Shown here: piece by piece, positions 1 through 8,851 of the stretch
How the letters are laid out: each line of letters begins with the position of its first letter
Position numbering within the stretch: the stretch's first letter is position 1
DNA from: a virus
Lineage: Duplodnaviria > Heunggongvirae > Uroviricota > Caudoviricetes
IMG/VR virus record: IMGVR_UViG_3300001798_000005
DNA length: 64,000 nucleotides
Strand: one strand, 5' to 3'
Notes under the pieces: model-generated
The model's input: only the letters and a program-made list of their open reading frames with translations
The model's database searches: none
What the model was told of the DNA's origin: nothing
Position numbers and translations under genes: made by a program

Positions 1-169
1 GTGATAGAGATCCCCGAGGGGGTGGATTTTGAGATACTGGATTACGACGGCTGGGAGTGGGTGGCGGAACGCCATCGGCGGTGGCCTGGATGACTTGGTT
101 TGAGGCTTTTCTCTGGACCCTTGCTGGGATCTGGATTGCAGAAAATTTAACAAAAAGAAAGGAAACAAA

Positions 170-451
170 ATGCAAACAATGAGTTTTGAAATTCCCCTCG
201 GGAGTGACGTTCAGGATGTCGTGACCGGCTTTAAGGGGCGGATTGATTCGGTTTGCCTGTGTCTAAATGGCTGCATCCGCTACAGTGTGACGCCGATGGT
301 CAAAGATGGCGGCATCGGGGAGGGCTATTGGTTTGACTCCCAGAGGATCGAACTCCTCGGACCAGGCATTAACGCCACCAAGCCCCAAGAGCAAACGGGG
401 ACCGGTGGGCCGATGACACGGAGCCTAATGGAAAAATCAGCCCGGGGGTGA
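170..451 (+). CDS. hypothetical protein (93 aa)
   Basis: ORF with AGGAAAC-N5-ATG RBS; no recognisable motif. Confidence 0.5.
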   Translation: MQTMSFEIPLGSDVQDVVTGFKGRIDSVCLCLNGCIRYSVTPMVKDGGIGEGYWFDSQRIELLGPGINATKPQEQTGTGGPMTRSLMEKSARG

Positions 452-461
452 GAATATGATA

Positions 462-527
462 ATACTCATAGAACTCCCTTATGGATTCTGGTATTATAAT
501 TGTATACCAGAAAGGGAAAGAGGAACG
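462..527 (+). promoter_or_regulatory. Conserved early promoter/operator copy 1: ATACTCAT box, TATAAT (495..500) centred in dyad CTGGTAT-N9-ATACCAG, RBS AAAGAGGAACG
   Basis: 44-nt stretch 484..527 is exactly repeated at 57978..58021; related copies at about 1510 and about 59592. Confidence 0.6.
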
Positions 528-531
528 CCCA

Positions 532-837
532 GTGAACGCCATCGAAACTGCCCAAGCCATCATCGCCAAAGCCCAAGCCACCCTGGCAGATCCCAGTGCT
601 GAACGCGCCAAAGGCGAGGCTTATGTGGACGCCTTGGCGGCTTCGGGAAATCAAGTCAACCAAGCCCTGGCGGCTGGGCTTGACCGGCACCACAGCGCCA
701 ATATCATCGCCCAAACGGATTTTGAATTTGATCGCCGGGACGCCTTCGGGCCTAAAGGAACCGTTCAAGATAGCCGAGAAAACCGCATTGAAGCGGCTGA
801 CCTCTTGGACGCCTTCGAAGAGGAAATGGGCTGGTAA
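532..837 (+). CDS. hypothetical protein (GTG start, about 101 aa)
   Basis: GTG at 532 sits at the same spacing after the conserved RBS as the ATG of the 58026 gene. The upstream ATG at 481 lies inside the promoter element. Confidence 0.5.
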   Translation: MNAIETAQAIIAKAQATLADPSAERAKGEAYVDALAASGNQVNQALAAGLDRHHSANIIAQTDFEFDRRDAFGPKGTVQDSRENRIEAADLLDAFEEEMGW

Positions 838-849
838 AAAAATAAATAT

Positions 850-885
850 ACCGATCGGTAGATTAATTTCTACCATAATAGAAGT
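850..885 (+). promoter_or_regulatory. Two adjacent palindromes (TACCGATCGGTA; GGTAGA-N6-TCTACC) in an AT-rich leader, candidate operator of the downstream RHH gene
   Basis: Perfect dyads read directly, about 60 bp upstream of the 938 ATG. Confidence 0.4.
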
Positions 886-937
886 ATAAACTATGCCATA
901 AGTATATACTATTGAGTTAATATGTAAAGGGGAAGTC

Positions 938-1312
938 ATGCCAAAAAACAACCCAGAGCCCAGGACGGCGCACATCTTCTCAATTCCGGATCGTGAATTT
1001 CAAGCCCTCAAGAGCTTGGCCGCCCAGGCGGGGGTTTCGATTGCTCAATACTGTGAGGACCTAATCATGCTCAATCCCGATATTGAGATTGAGAGAAAAG
1101 AAAAGTGCAAAAACAGAAATATCAACATGTCGGCCACCACCTGGGCGCGGCTCAAAGAGCGGGGAGACCAACTTGGAGTTTCGGCTTGCTCGGTCCTGAG
1201 GGGGTTAATCGGCCCAGCGGCCTTGGTGGATGTCAGATTCATGCAGAATGGTATTCATGTTGTGGCCTCCCCGATGGTCAAGAAGGTGGTCTATAACGCC
1301 CCAGGGGGGTAG
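938..1312 (+). CDS. tandem ribbon-helix-helix (CopG/Arc-like) DNA-binding protein
   Basis: Two RHH-like segments (FSIPDREFQALKSLAAQAGVSIAQYCEDLI and NMSATTWARLKERGDQLGVSACSVLRGLI). Confidence 0.45.
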   Translation: MPKNNPEPRTAHIFSIPDREFQALKSLAAQAGVSIAQYCEDLIMLNPDIEIERKEKCKNRNINMSATTWARLKERGDQLGVSACSVLRGLIGPAALVDVRFMQNGIHVVASPMVKKVVYNAPGG

Positions 1313-1509
1313 ATAAAGTCACCTGGAAGGCGAACCTAGACCCCTTAACTGGACCTCAGAAACCATTGCGCGGGCTCCCGCTCCCCCAAATGACACCAGG
1401 ATACAAGCCAGACATTTGGATGATGGGGGAAGCTTATCCTTCTTTGGAATAATTTTATTTACACAATACCCCTTAGCGAGCGCCAATAGGCGCTCTTTCC
1501 TTTTGTGAT

Positions 1510-1569
1510 AATCCTCATAGAAATATTGATCAAAACTATGGTATAATATCCTCATACCAGAAAGAAAAG
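1510..1569 (+). promoter_or_regulatory. Conserved early promoter/operator copy 3 (ATCCTCAT box 1511, TATAAT 1542, TGGTAT-N9-ATACCAG dyad)
   Basis: Shares box, -10 and dyad with copies 1, 2 and 4. Confidence 0.5.
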
Positions 1570-1599
1570 TTTATCAGTGCCCCTGAAAGGAGCCTACCG

Positions 1600-1803
1600 A
1601 TGCCTACCCCAACTCAACTCTGCCGCCTTAAAGGTCACTTAAAGGAACAATTCCTTCAGGCTCCAATCACGGTCATCACCGGAGAGGCAAGCGAGGCTTT
1701 CCCTCACCGGTGGGTGGCGGAACGTTATCCTGCTTCAATTTGCTTAACCTGGCAGGCCAAAGTAGATTATTGCCAAGAATGCTTTATTGAGCTTCCCGCC
1801 TAA
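1600..1803 (+). CDS. hypothetical protein (67 aa)
   Basis: ORF after GAAAGGAG RBS, downstream of promoter copy 3. Confidence 0.45.
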   Translation: MPTPTQLCRLKGHLKEQFLQAPITVITGEASEAFPHRWVAERYPASICLTWQAKVDYCQECFIELPA

Positions 1804-2077
1804 AGCGGCTCAGCCGCACCCCTGCGTGCCTCGCAACAAGCGGGGCACTTTAGGTTTTCACCCTTTCGGGCTGGCCACTCCTTGGCGGCTGAGTTGTAGT
1901 GTTCGTCCCAGTGGGTCGGGATCACACCTGAGGGGTTGGCTCTGGTCTTTTGACGATTGCCGCCCTGACCGTCCAGTTGGTCCTCGGCTGATGCCTCCAT
2001 CTTGCGGGTCTGTTGGGTCTTGATGTGTCGAGTATTCCAGTGGTGACAAACCCGAGGGTTGCGACGGGTACGGCTCA

Positions 2078-2404
2078 TCAATCCCACCAGTGGTTGCCGA
2101 GTCGGGCCACCATTTGCCAGATCCGATCCCAGTGGTATTTTTCCAGTTTTTCAGAATTTTCATACTGGGCACGCGCCAGTAACGCTTCACCGAAGCGCTT
2201 TTCAATCTTCCAGCCGTCAGGATCTTTAATACAATCCAGCTCCACCACTCCTGTACACAGCCACGGTGAATTCTGGTATCGATCAATATGGGTCCTCATT
2301 ATGGCGATCTGTTCCGCCCTTTTGGCCCCATCGAGCCTGTAGCCGTCCTGGACCGAGGCCTCTAGACGTTTCAGCTTAAAAGACATTATAGGCAAAATTG
2401 CCAA
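2078..2404 (-). CDS. hypothetical protein (108 aa)
   Basis: ORF only; lies in a GC-rich stretch with overlapping ORFs in all frames. Confidence 0.25.
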   Translation of the reverse strand: MAILPIMSFKLKRLEASVQDGYRLDGAKRAEQIAIMRTHIDRYQNSPWLCTGVVELDCIKDPDGWKIEKRFGEALLARAQYENSEKLEKYHWDRIWQMVARLGNHWWD

Positions 2405-2471
2405 AAAGTCAAAGTCATTATCTCACCAGATAATCGGTAGCCAATCCCAGGTTCGGCTTCTCTAATTCTCT

Positions 2472-2885
2472 TCATCTCCTGACCCACCCACGCGGTACAG
2501 GGCGGCCCTCTGATCTAAAGTAATAGGGTTGGACCCCCAATATTGAAATCATGTGCCTTAATGCCTCGCTGGGGGTATGGAAAAATCTCTTTACGTTCTG
2601 GAAGACCAGAATATTCCGATCCCGATAGTGTTTTCTTGCTTTTGGATCCCGATAGCCTCTTTTGACCTGGAGGCGTTTTGTGCGGATCTGATCGACGTCG
2701 AGGTATTCGATTTTGAAATCAAAGCCACTCCCGTCCTCAATAGAACCCATACGGGACCGCCGATAACGGATCAGATAGTCCCGATCCTGAGCCCGTCCCA
2801 GGAGGGCCTCCACGAAGTGCTCAGCCGCCAGGCCGAGCTGGCTAATGGGATCGTCGTAATTATGTTTAGTTTTGGTTTTCTTCAA
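2472..2885 (-). CDS. hypothetical protein (137 aa), possible nuclease-like fold
   Basis: ORF; weak D..E.K-like pattern (GFDFKIEY..QVK). Confidence 0.4.
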   Translation of the reverse strand: MKKTKTKHNYDDPISQLGLAAEHFVEALLGRAQDRDYLIRYRRSRMGSIEDGSGFDFKIEYLDVDQIRTKRLQVKRGYRDPKARKHYRDRNILVFQNVKRFFHTPSEALRHMISILGVQPYYFRSEGRPVPRGWVRR

Positions 2886-3039
2886 TGACCCATAACCTCG
2901 GGAAGCCGTCTATGAGGAGTTTCTGACCTTCAGAATCCCACCAGAGGGAGAAGGTAAAGAACTCTATTACTTCTGTAACTGTTTTTTGCATCATGTGGAT
3001 ATTTTATTATTTTTCTGAAATTTACGCAAGATGACCCAG

Positions 3040-3189
3040 CTACTGCCGGGCCATCTGCTCAATTTTTTCCTTATTGGCTTTGATCCATGCGTGTGCCTCG
3101 CGGGACATCCGGTGGCCGTAGATGACCTTCACCTCCTCTGGTGGCTTGGGTGGGCGGCCACGAGGGCGCTTGGGGGTTGAGTCAGGCAT
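3040..3189 (-). CDS. small AT-hook-like basic protein (49 aa)
   Basis: ATG overlaps the stop of the upstream gene (ATGCCTGA); RPRGRPPK motif. Confidence 0.3.
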   Translation of the reverse strand: MPDSTPKRPRGRPPKPPEEVKVIYGHRMSREAHAWIKANKEKIEQMARQ

Positions 3190-3544
3190 CGCGCTCAACC
3201 TCTATGCTAAGGCTCTCGCATAGGGCTAGTAGCTTTCTGGGCGGGGTATCCCCCTTCTTATTCCGCTCTGCTAGCGTGGCCAGTACCAGTTTTTTAAAAG
3301 CCTCTTTGCAGAGCACAGTTGATCTCCTGTATGTCAGTATGCCTGTGGACGGGCAATAGTCAATGTCTCTGACTAGAGGATCAGCTTCTAGATGAGAGGT
3401 CTGTGGGGGCTGGTATCCGAAGCCAACCAACCATTCAGCGTGGGTTATTTTGACAGAATCAAAATGGTATGACTCTCCGACACGCACAGCTTCATATATA
3501 CAGCCAGCTCTGTGTTGGCCCCTCTTGATGGCCTTTTTGCTCAT
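3182..3544 (-). CDS. hypothetical protein (120 aa)
   Basis: ORF only. Confidence 0.45.
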   Translation of the reverse strand: MSKKAIKRGQHRAGCIYEAVRVGESYHFDSVKITHAEWLVGFGYQPPQTSHLEADPLVRDIDYCPSTGILTYRRSTVLCKEAFKKLVLATLAERNKKGDTPPRKLLALCESLSIEVERDA

Positions 3545-3675
3545 TGGGTTACGTCCTTTCTGGCGGGATTGCCCGCAGCTCTTGGGTATGTAAGTATTAT
3601 CGTCGAGACGGGAAAGAAATGCAATAGTTTTTTGTCGTTACGTTTAATATTTCTTAAATTTTTGTTCTGTAAGAT

Positions 3676-3972
3676 CTATTTAGACAGGGGGAAGAAATAG
3701 GAAGCACGTGCTCTTGTCTGGACTTGTATTTTTTGCTCATCGATTAATTGATTAATCAAGCTATTTCGTTGGCTCTTATTTAGCCATTGAGTCTTTCTAG
3801 TTAGATCCATTTTGTAAATTCCACAATTATCTGAAATTATTTTATAAATTTTATCTTTCTCACTGTGCCGAGTTGGCTTAAACTCCCCCCTGGTGGTTAT
3901 TATTTCAATTATTTTATCCAGCTTCTCCTCCAGGGTGGTTATTTTGCTTAAAATGAAGTCAACAGTATCCAT
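3676..3972 (-). CDS. small wHTH-like protein sharing the C-terminal motif of the primase-polymerase (possible origin-binding regulator)
   Basis: C-terminus LTRKTQWLNKSQRNSLINQLIDEQKIQ versus primase C-terminus LTRKTQNLNKRRRTEILNDLVESHQIQ. Start assigned to the second ATG (AAAGGAG RBS). Confidence 0.5.
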   Translation of the reverse strand: MDTVDFILSKITTLEEKLDKIIEIITTRGEFKPTRHSEKDKIYKIISDNCGIYKMDLTRKTQWLNKSQRNSLINQLIDEQKIQVQTRARASYFFPLSK

Positions 3973-3999
3973 ATATGGCAATCTCCTTTGATAATTCAA

Positions 4000-4306
4000 G
4001 TATTATAATTGATTTTTTTGATTTTGTAATTCATGAAGTGTATTATTAAGAAAAATATACAACTACAATTGTAGCAATATACATGTGTAATAATATATAT
4101 ATAATATTAATATATATATTATTAATATTATATATAGTATAGATCATCTAGTACACTTCATCAACTTCACGCTTCAACCCCGGTACTGTCTCAGATACCG
4201 GGGTATGGATTTTTGGCTTGAAGCGTGAAGTGTGGGGTTGAAAACTTGTGGGTGATTGACTTTCAGCGATATTGAAATCTGACTGAAACGGGCTGAAGCG
4301 TGAAGC
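4000..4306. other. Candidate replication origin: AT-only tract 4081..4140, then iterons TGAAGCGTGAAG (4218, 4294 forward; 4167 inverted) and inverted repeat CCCCGGTA-N10-TACCGGGG (4178..4203)
   Basis: Read directly; lies immediately 3-prime of the primase/helicase gene and 5-prime of the wHTH paralog. Confidence 0.5.
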
Positions 4307-6502
4307 CTAAACTGGCTGGAAGATCCGCCAAATAGACGTCTTGCCATCATTATCGCATTGGATCTGGTGAGATTCAACCAGGTCATTCAGAATTTCGGTC
4401 CGGCGTCTTTTATTCAAATTTTGGGTTTTTCTCGTCAGGGCGGCCTGGGTGATTCCCTGATGGGCCTCGATGATCCGCAATACTTTTTTCAGCTCGCCCT
4501 CGGTTTCGTTGTCGCTGACGTGTTGGCTCACCATGGCCGCCATCCGGTCCGCTGACATCAGGGCGACGTCATTTGCCCAGCTGATTAGGTCTTTTGTGAT
4601 TACGCCATCCCAGGAGGCCGTGAGGGCGATTTTAGCCGAATGCTCAAAGGATCTCGACCAACACCCCTCCAGACCTGACTTGAGACGGATTTCTTCCGCC
4701 TGTCTGGCCCGGCAGGCGATCATGAAGTCATCCCAAGCCTTCTGGGCCTCTGGGGTCATGAGGATCACTTGAGGCCGGATGGCTGGTTTGCCCAGACTAC
4801 TGAGGTCTATCGCGACATGACCGCCCCTCGGGTGGGCATTGGTCGGCATCGCAGCCAGCTCCTTGATGGCGGATACGATCCCCTCTGGGGGTTCCCCGAT
4901 CCCCTGGCGGCAATGGGGGACGAGTTCAAAGCCTTTTTCTTCAAAATAGAGCCACCGGGCCATAAAGCCATCGCTGGACTCTGAACTCGACAGGGCCTCA
5001 TGGATGTGTTGCGGCACAGAAGTTGCATGAACGTTGAGGCACGGCTGGTCGATATCGGTTCTTCCACGCTTGCCGTCGGCGTTCCCGTACTCGGTTCCGG
5101 CGTAAATCTCGTTTGCCTCGCTGAAGAGCTTCAGCATGAGGGTAGTGATCCCCGCCTGGGGACCGGCGTTTTTTCCCGACATGTGCTTCAGGGTCCGGCC
5201 AAACTCGTCCAATTGCAAAAACGCCCGCCCGTTCCGTTCCGCCAAGGTCTTGAGCAATCCGGCCCCCGAGGCGGGGTCTCCCCCGATCAGGCCCGTCAGA
5301 CCGGCCTCAATCAGAAGAATATTGGCGCATTTTCGATTGTGGTCCTTTCCGGCCCCCGAGGCCGCCATCCCGAGAGTATAAAGGTTGGTCCTGAGGTCTG
5401 ATTCGGTCGCGACCCGATGAGCCCGAACGGCTCCCAGCATCGGTAGAGCTGCCGCCATGGCGAGTTCGGCCGACGGCCATGGGGCTCGGTCCATCATCCA
5501 CCGCACGATATCGCCCAACAACCCCGGTGCCCGCAGGAGGAGGTCATTTTGGACAATAGGGACTTCTACCCTTGGGAGTATATTCCCCCCTGGGATGATA
5601 CAGCCCCGATCTACCGGTGGGGGGGCGGGCTTGACCCAGCCATTTTCATAAGCCCAATAGAAGATCGATTCAATTTTCTTTTCATTTCTCTTAAAGGATT
5701 TCCACTTGCCCGGCTGACGCTTTTCCTGATACTTCAGACTGCTACGGCTCCACTGGTCCCAGAGGGGGAACCCCTGATCGCCCAGGTGGGTCTTGAGCGC
5801 CATCCCGACCTCGATCCAAGTATTGTAGTCATCCGCTGGAATACAGGACAGAGCGGACTCGATCTCCTGATCTGAGGTCCAACTGTAGTCTTGCTGGATC
5901 GCGTATGCCGCAGCGGGCTTGAAGCGCCGAAAAATATCGTCAACCCTTTCGCAAAAGTCAACCGGCAGTTGGGGAATTTTCTCAAAATCAACAGTCGTGA
6001 GGTCTTCCTCGGTGAGCCAGCGGTATTCTGCCCCGCAGGGGTGGACCGTCGGGGGGAGGACGGTCTGACGGCCATCTGAGAGGAGTTCAACCACCATATC
6101 GCCATGGAGTTTCCACTGGTGGGTTTCCTCCCCGGAATGGAGGTAAAAGGCCGTGAAGCCCTTTTCGCCCATCTTCTTTACTGGCGAATCCGGCACCATG
6201 GCCTGAATCTCTGCGTGGATGCCTTCGGCGTCAAAGTCATAATCCAAGGCCACCAGACACCCCAGCGGCCCGAGGGTCATCCCGATCCCGGCGTCGGGCC
6301 ATTTCTCCCAGGCTTCGATCTCAGACGGACTAGCGAGCCGGTGGCTGTAGTGCTTGGTCCACTCCCGCATCTTGCCCCAACGGTATTGCTGGATCTCGGG
6401 ATCAAAGTAGTAGCTCCCTGGAGCTTTCGTCCCTGGACAGATCGGGATAACGGGGAGGTCCTTTTCAACGTACCGGCGGGCGACTTGGGCGAATTTTGAC
6501 AT
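4307..6502 (-). CDS. primase-polymerase (prim-pol) / replicative helicase-like protein with C-terminal wHTH
   Basis: 731 aa. N-terminal prim-pol-like region (VIPICPGTKAP...LDYDF), central P-loop-like GMAASGAGKD, C-terminal wHTH. Confidence 0.55.
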   Translation of the reverse strand: MSKFAQVARRYVEKDLPVIPICPGTKAPGSYYFDPEIQQYRWGKMREWTKHYSHRLASPSEIEAWEKWPDAGIGMTLGPLGCLVALDYDFDAEGIHAEIQAMVPDSPVKKMGEKGFTAFYLHSGEETHQWKLHGDMVVELLSDGRQTVLPPTVHPCGAEYRWLTEEDLTTVDFEKIPQLPVDFCERVDDIFRRFKPAAAYAIQQDYSWTSDQEIESALSCIPADDYNTWIEVGMALKTHLGDQGFPLWDQWSRSSLKYQEKRQPGKWKSFKRNEKKIESIFYWAYENGWVKPAPPPVDRGCIIPGGNILPRVEVPIVQNDLLLRAPGLLGDIVRWMMDRAPWPSAELAMAAALPMLGAVRAHRVATESDLRTNLYTLGMAASGAGKDHNRKCANILLIEAGLTGLIGGDPASGAGLLKTLAERNGRAFLQLDEFGRTLKHMSGKNAGPQAGITTLMLKLFSEANEIYAGTEYGNADGKRGRTDIDQPCLNVHATSVPQHIHEALSSSESSDGFMARWLYFEEKGFELVPHCRQGIGEPPEGIVSAIKELAAMPTNAHPRGGHVAIDLSSLGKPAIRPQVILMTPEAQKAWDDFMIACRARQAEEIRLKSGLEGCWSRSFEHSAKIALTASWDGVITKDLISWANDVALMSADRMAAMVSQHVSDNETEGELKKVLRIIEAHQGITQAALTRKTQNLNKRRRTEILNDLVESHQIQCDNDGKTSIWRIFQPV

Positions 6503-6668
6503 CAGGCGACCTTTCTCTATATGGGTTTTTGATCGTACTCTATTGAGTCAAAAAGGTCAAAAAACAATCATTAAAAAATTCACTTGACCGATCGGATATT
6601 CTTTCGTAAGATTTTGGAATCGGAAAGCATCGCTTTTTGATACTTTATGAAAATGAAAAGGAACGCCC

Positions 6669-7496
6669 ATGCTCGATCTTAAACAGCTCAAGCCAAAAGT
6701 AACGCACGATCCCCCCCGGTTGGTCTTCTATGGTCCCCCCGGCAAGGGAAAGACCTACACAGCCGCCCAGGCGGGCGAGCATATCTTTCTGAATATCAAT
6801 GATGGCCTCGGGGGCATCCCCCATACGGCTTTCCCGATCCGGGGCGCCGACAAGGGCGATGATATCTTCAAGACCTACGATGAGATCATCTGGGCCCTGG
6901 ACGCCATCCTGAATCAGGATCATGACTTTCGGGTCCTGATCATTGATGGTCTCTCTGACCTGGAGGAGCTCATCCACCGCCAGATCTGCGCCGCCTCGGG
7001 GGTGAGTACGATCGCCAAGGCCTGCGGGGGATACGGGAAGGGCTACGTTGAGGCCATGAACTCCTGGAATGAGGTCTTGTCCCTCTTGAGCCAGATTCGG
7101 CAAAAGCGGAACATGGTCATTGTCCTGTTGGCCCACTCGAATATCAAGTCCTACGCTGACCCGATGGCGGACTCCTATGACCGCCATGTCCTAAAGCTCC
7201 ATGACGCTGCAGCTTTTCGGATCCGAGAATGGGCGGATGCGGTTTTGTTTCTTGATCAGAAGGTCTATATTGACAAATCCCAAGAGGGCATGAAGAAAAT
7301 CGCCAAGGCGAATTCCTTGGGGCTAACGTTTTTCACCTCTGAGAATCCCCGCCATCAGGCTAAAAACCGATACGGGCTGCCCTCGGAGATCCCTATGTCG
7401 TGGCAGGGGCTCATGGCCGCCATGAGCGAAGCCGCGACAAAAGCGAACACCGTAACAGCAAGCGAGAGAGAGAACACACACAATGGCACGATTTGA
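6669..7496 (+). CDS. Sak4-like RecA-fold ATPase (AAA_24-type)
   Basis: Walker A VFYGPPGKGKT; size and adjacency to a DUF669-like gene. Confidence 0.6.
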   Translation: MLDLKQLKPKVTHDPPRLVFYGPPGKGKTYTAAQAGEHIFLNINDGLGGIPHTAFPIRGADKGDDIFKTYDEIIWALDAILNQDHDFRVLIIDGLSDLEELIHRQICAASGVSTIAKACGGYGKGYVEAMNSWNEVLSLLSQIRQKRNMVIVLLAHSNIKSYADPMADSYDRHVLKLHDAAAFRIREWADAVLFLDQKVYIDKSQEGMKKIAKANSLGLTFFTSENPRHQAKNRYGLPSEIPMSWQGLMAAMSEAATKANTVTASERENTHNGTI

Positions 7497-7962
7497 ATTT
7501 GACGCCACCGGGCAGCCTCAGCGGGAGGAATTCACCATTCTGCCCGACGGGAGCTATTCGGCGGTCTGCACGGCCTCCGAGATGGTGGCGAATAAATCCG
7601 GTGAAGGTCAACACCTTCTTTTGAAATTCAGCGTCTTTGAAGGCCCCCGAGAGGGCGCTTTCGTTTCGGACCGGCTGAATCTCGTCAACCCCAACCCCCA
7701 GACGGTCGAGATTGCCTATAAGGTTCTGACTGACCTCCTGCTGGCCATGGAGGGCGTTCGGGGGACCGCCAAAGTTGAAAATACGGATGACCTAATCGGG
7801 CACCCGGTGGTGATCAAAGTCGGGACCAACAAGGCGACTGAGCAGTATGGCCCCTCTAACAAGATCACCAAGTATTCCCCCTGGGTGGCTGGGTCTGCCC
7901 CGCAGCCCGTGGCCGTTGCGGTCGCGGCAGGACCGCCCGCGAAGGCGCCTTGGGAAAAATAG
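7483..7962 (+). CDS. DUF669-like protein (putative ssDNA-binding partner of Sak4)
   Basis: MARFEFDATG N-terminus and about 150-aa size typical of DUF669; gene order. Confidence 0.5.
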   Translation: MARFEFDATGQPQREEFTILPDGSYSAVCTASEMVANKSGEGQHLLLKFSVFEGPREGAFVSDRLNLVNPNPQTVEIAYKVLTDLLLAMEGVRGTAKVENTDDLIGHPVVIKVGTNKATEQYGPSNKITKYSPWVAGSAPQPVAVAVAAGPPAKAPWEK

Positions 7963-8379
7963 CGCAACAGCGCACAAGAAGCCGGGAGCGAAAAGCCAGG
8001 CCCCCAGTAAGCATAGCCTTCGGGCCGCTCCTGATCTGGGGAGGTTACTCCACCGTCATGGGCCTCTAGGGTTGATTCGCCCGAATGAGGATCTAGACCC
8101 AGCGAGGAGTGGATCAAAAGGCTCGGGAAAGCCTTAAGGGGATGCCGTTGGGCAAAATGGCACAGCGGCATTCTCTCCCACCCCTCACTGGAGCGCTTTG
8201 ATAAAGCGTGGTCCAGGACAGCCGGAGGCCTGTCGTCTCCCCTGACCCCGGCAGGGTGCGTAAGCGCCGGGACATGGGGCTGATTGGATTTGAATGGGTC
8301 TAAAGCCGCTTGTCGGAGGGCTCATCACGGCGGTTCGACTCCGCCCAGCTCCAATATTTTGCAAAAAAGGAGACACAAT

Positions 8380-8739
8380 GTGATCAACCCCGCACCCAAT
8401 CTTGTCGTGATTGAGCTTGACTATCGCCTCATGACCCACAAGGGCCAGGATGTTGACGTCACGGGCCAGATCTGGATCGACCTCAACGACGTTGGGATCA
8501 TCAGGACTGAAGTCCACAACGGCGAGACCTTCACTACCACTTTTCAGGACAAGCGGAATGGCTCAATCGTTGAACTCGGACCGGCTGGATCGAAATCATT
8601 TTTTGAAAAGTGGGAACGATACTGCGCCGAGAAGGATCTGATCCGCGAGCGGGATCTTCCGGCTCAGAAGACCGGAAGCTTGATCGCAACCCCCTTGGGG
8701 GAATTCAACCCCAACGGGGGACGGATTGTTAAAATATAG
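8380..8739 (+). CDS. hypothetical protein (GTG start, about 119 aa)
   Basis: AAGGAG 7 nt upstream of GTG at 8380. Confidence 0.45.
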   Translation: MINPAPNLVVIELDYRLMTHKGQDVDVTGQIWIDLNDVGIIRTEVHNGETFTTTFQDKRNGSIVELGPAGSKSFFEKWERYCAEKDLIRERDLPAQKTGSLIATPLGEFNPNGGRIVKI

Positions 8740-8823
8740 TTGACACACTTTAAAAAATTTCATAACATGATAGCACAGCAAGCGACCGGACATCTACGAA
8801 CACGCAAGGGATACGAGAGAGCT

Positions 8824-8851
8824 CCCCGGTCGAGAGATCGGGGATTTTTTT
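8824..8851 (+). terminator. rho-independent terminator candidate
   Basis: CCCCG-N10-CGGGG followed by ATTTTTTTA. Confidence 0.45.

Larger units (their letters stand above)
1..3985. repeat. Left copy of exact 3,985-bp direct repeat (identical to 60016..64000); genome wrap-around or long terminal redundancy
   Basis: ORF track shows identical proteins at offset 60,015 (170..451 equals 60185..60466 and so on); last 20 nt of window equal 3966..3985. Confidence 0.95.

Noticed and set aside
481-531. ATG at 481 as start of the first early gene
   Set aside because: It lies inside the conserved promoter/-10/dyad element upstream of the shared RBS. GTG at 532 matches the spacing used by the paralogous copy at 58026
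1800-2087. HNH endonuclease (CHHWNTRH ... CPACC)
   Set aside because: Order of Cys/His elements is inverted relative to HNH; sequence otherwise junk-like in a GC-rich region
1-3985. Treating the end duplication as a T5-like biological long terminal repeat
   Set aside because: The left copy starts at window base 1 and the right copy ends at the last base, which is what a window cut from a circularised contig would give; cannot be decided from sequence alone
4178-4210. Hairpin CCCCGGTA..TACCGGGG + T-run as terminator of the primase gene
   Set aside because: T-run follows the hairpin only on the plus strand, whereas the adjacent genes are on the minus strand; more likely part of the origin structure
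8275-8352. Possible complete tRNA gene
   Set aside because: T-arm and acceptor pairing exist, but no 5-bp anticodon stem with a 7-nt loop can be formed in the intervening 46 nt; kept only as a tRNA-3-prime-like element
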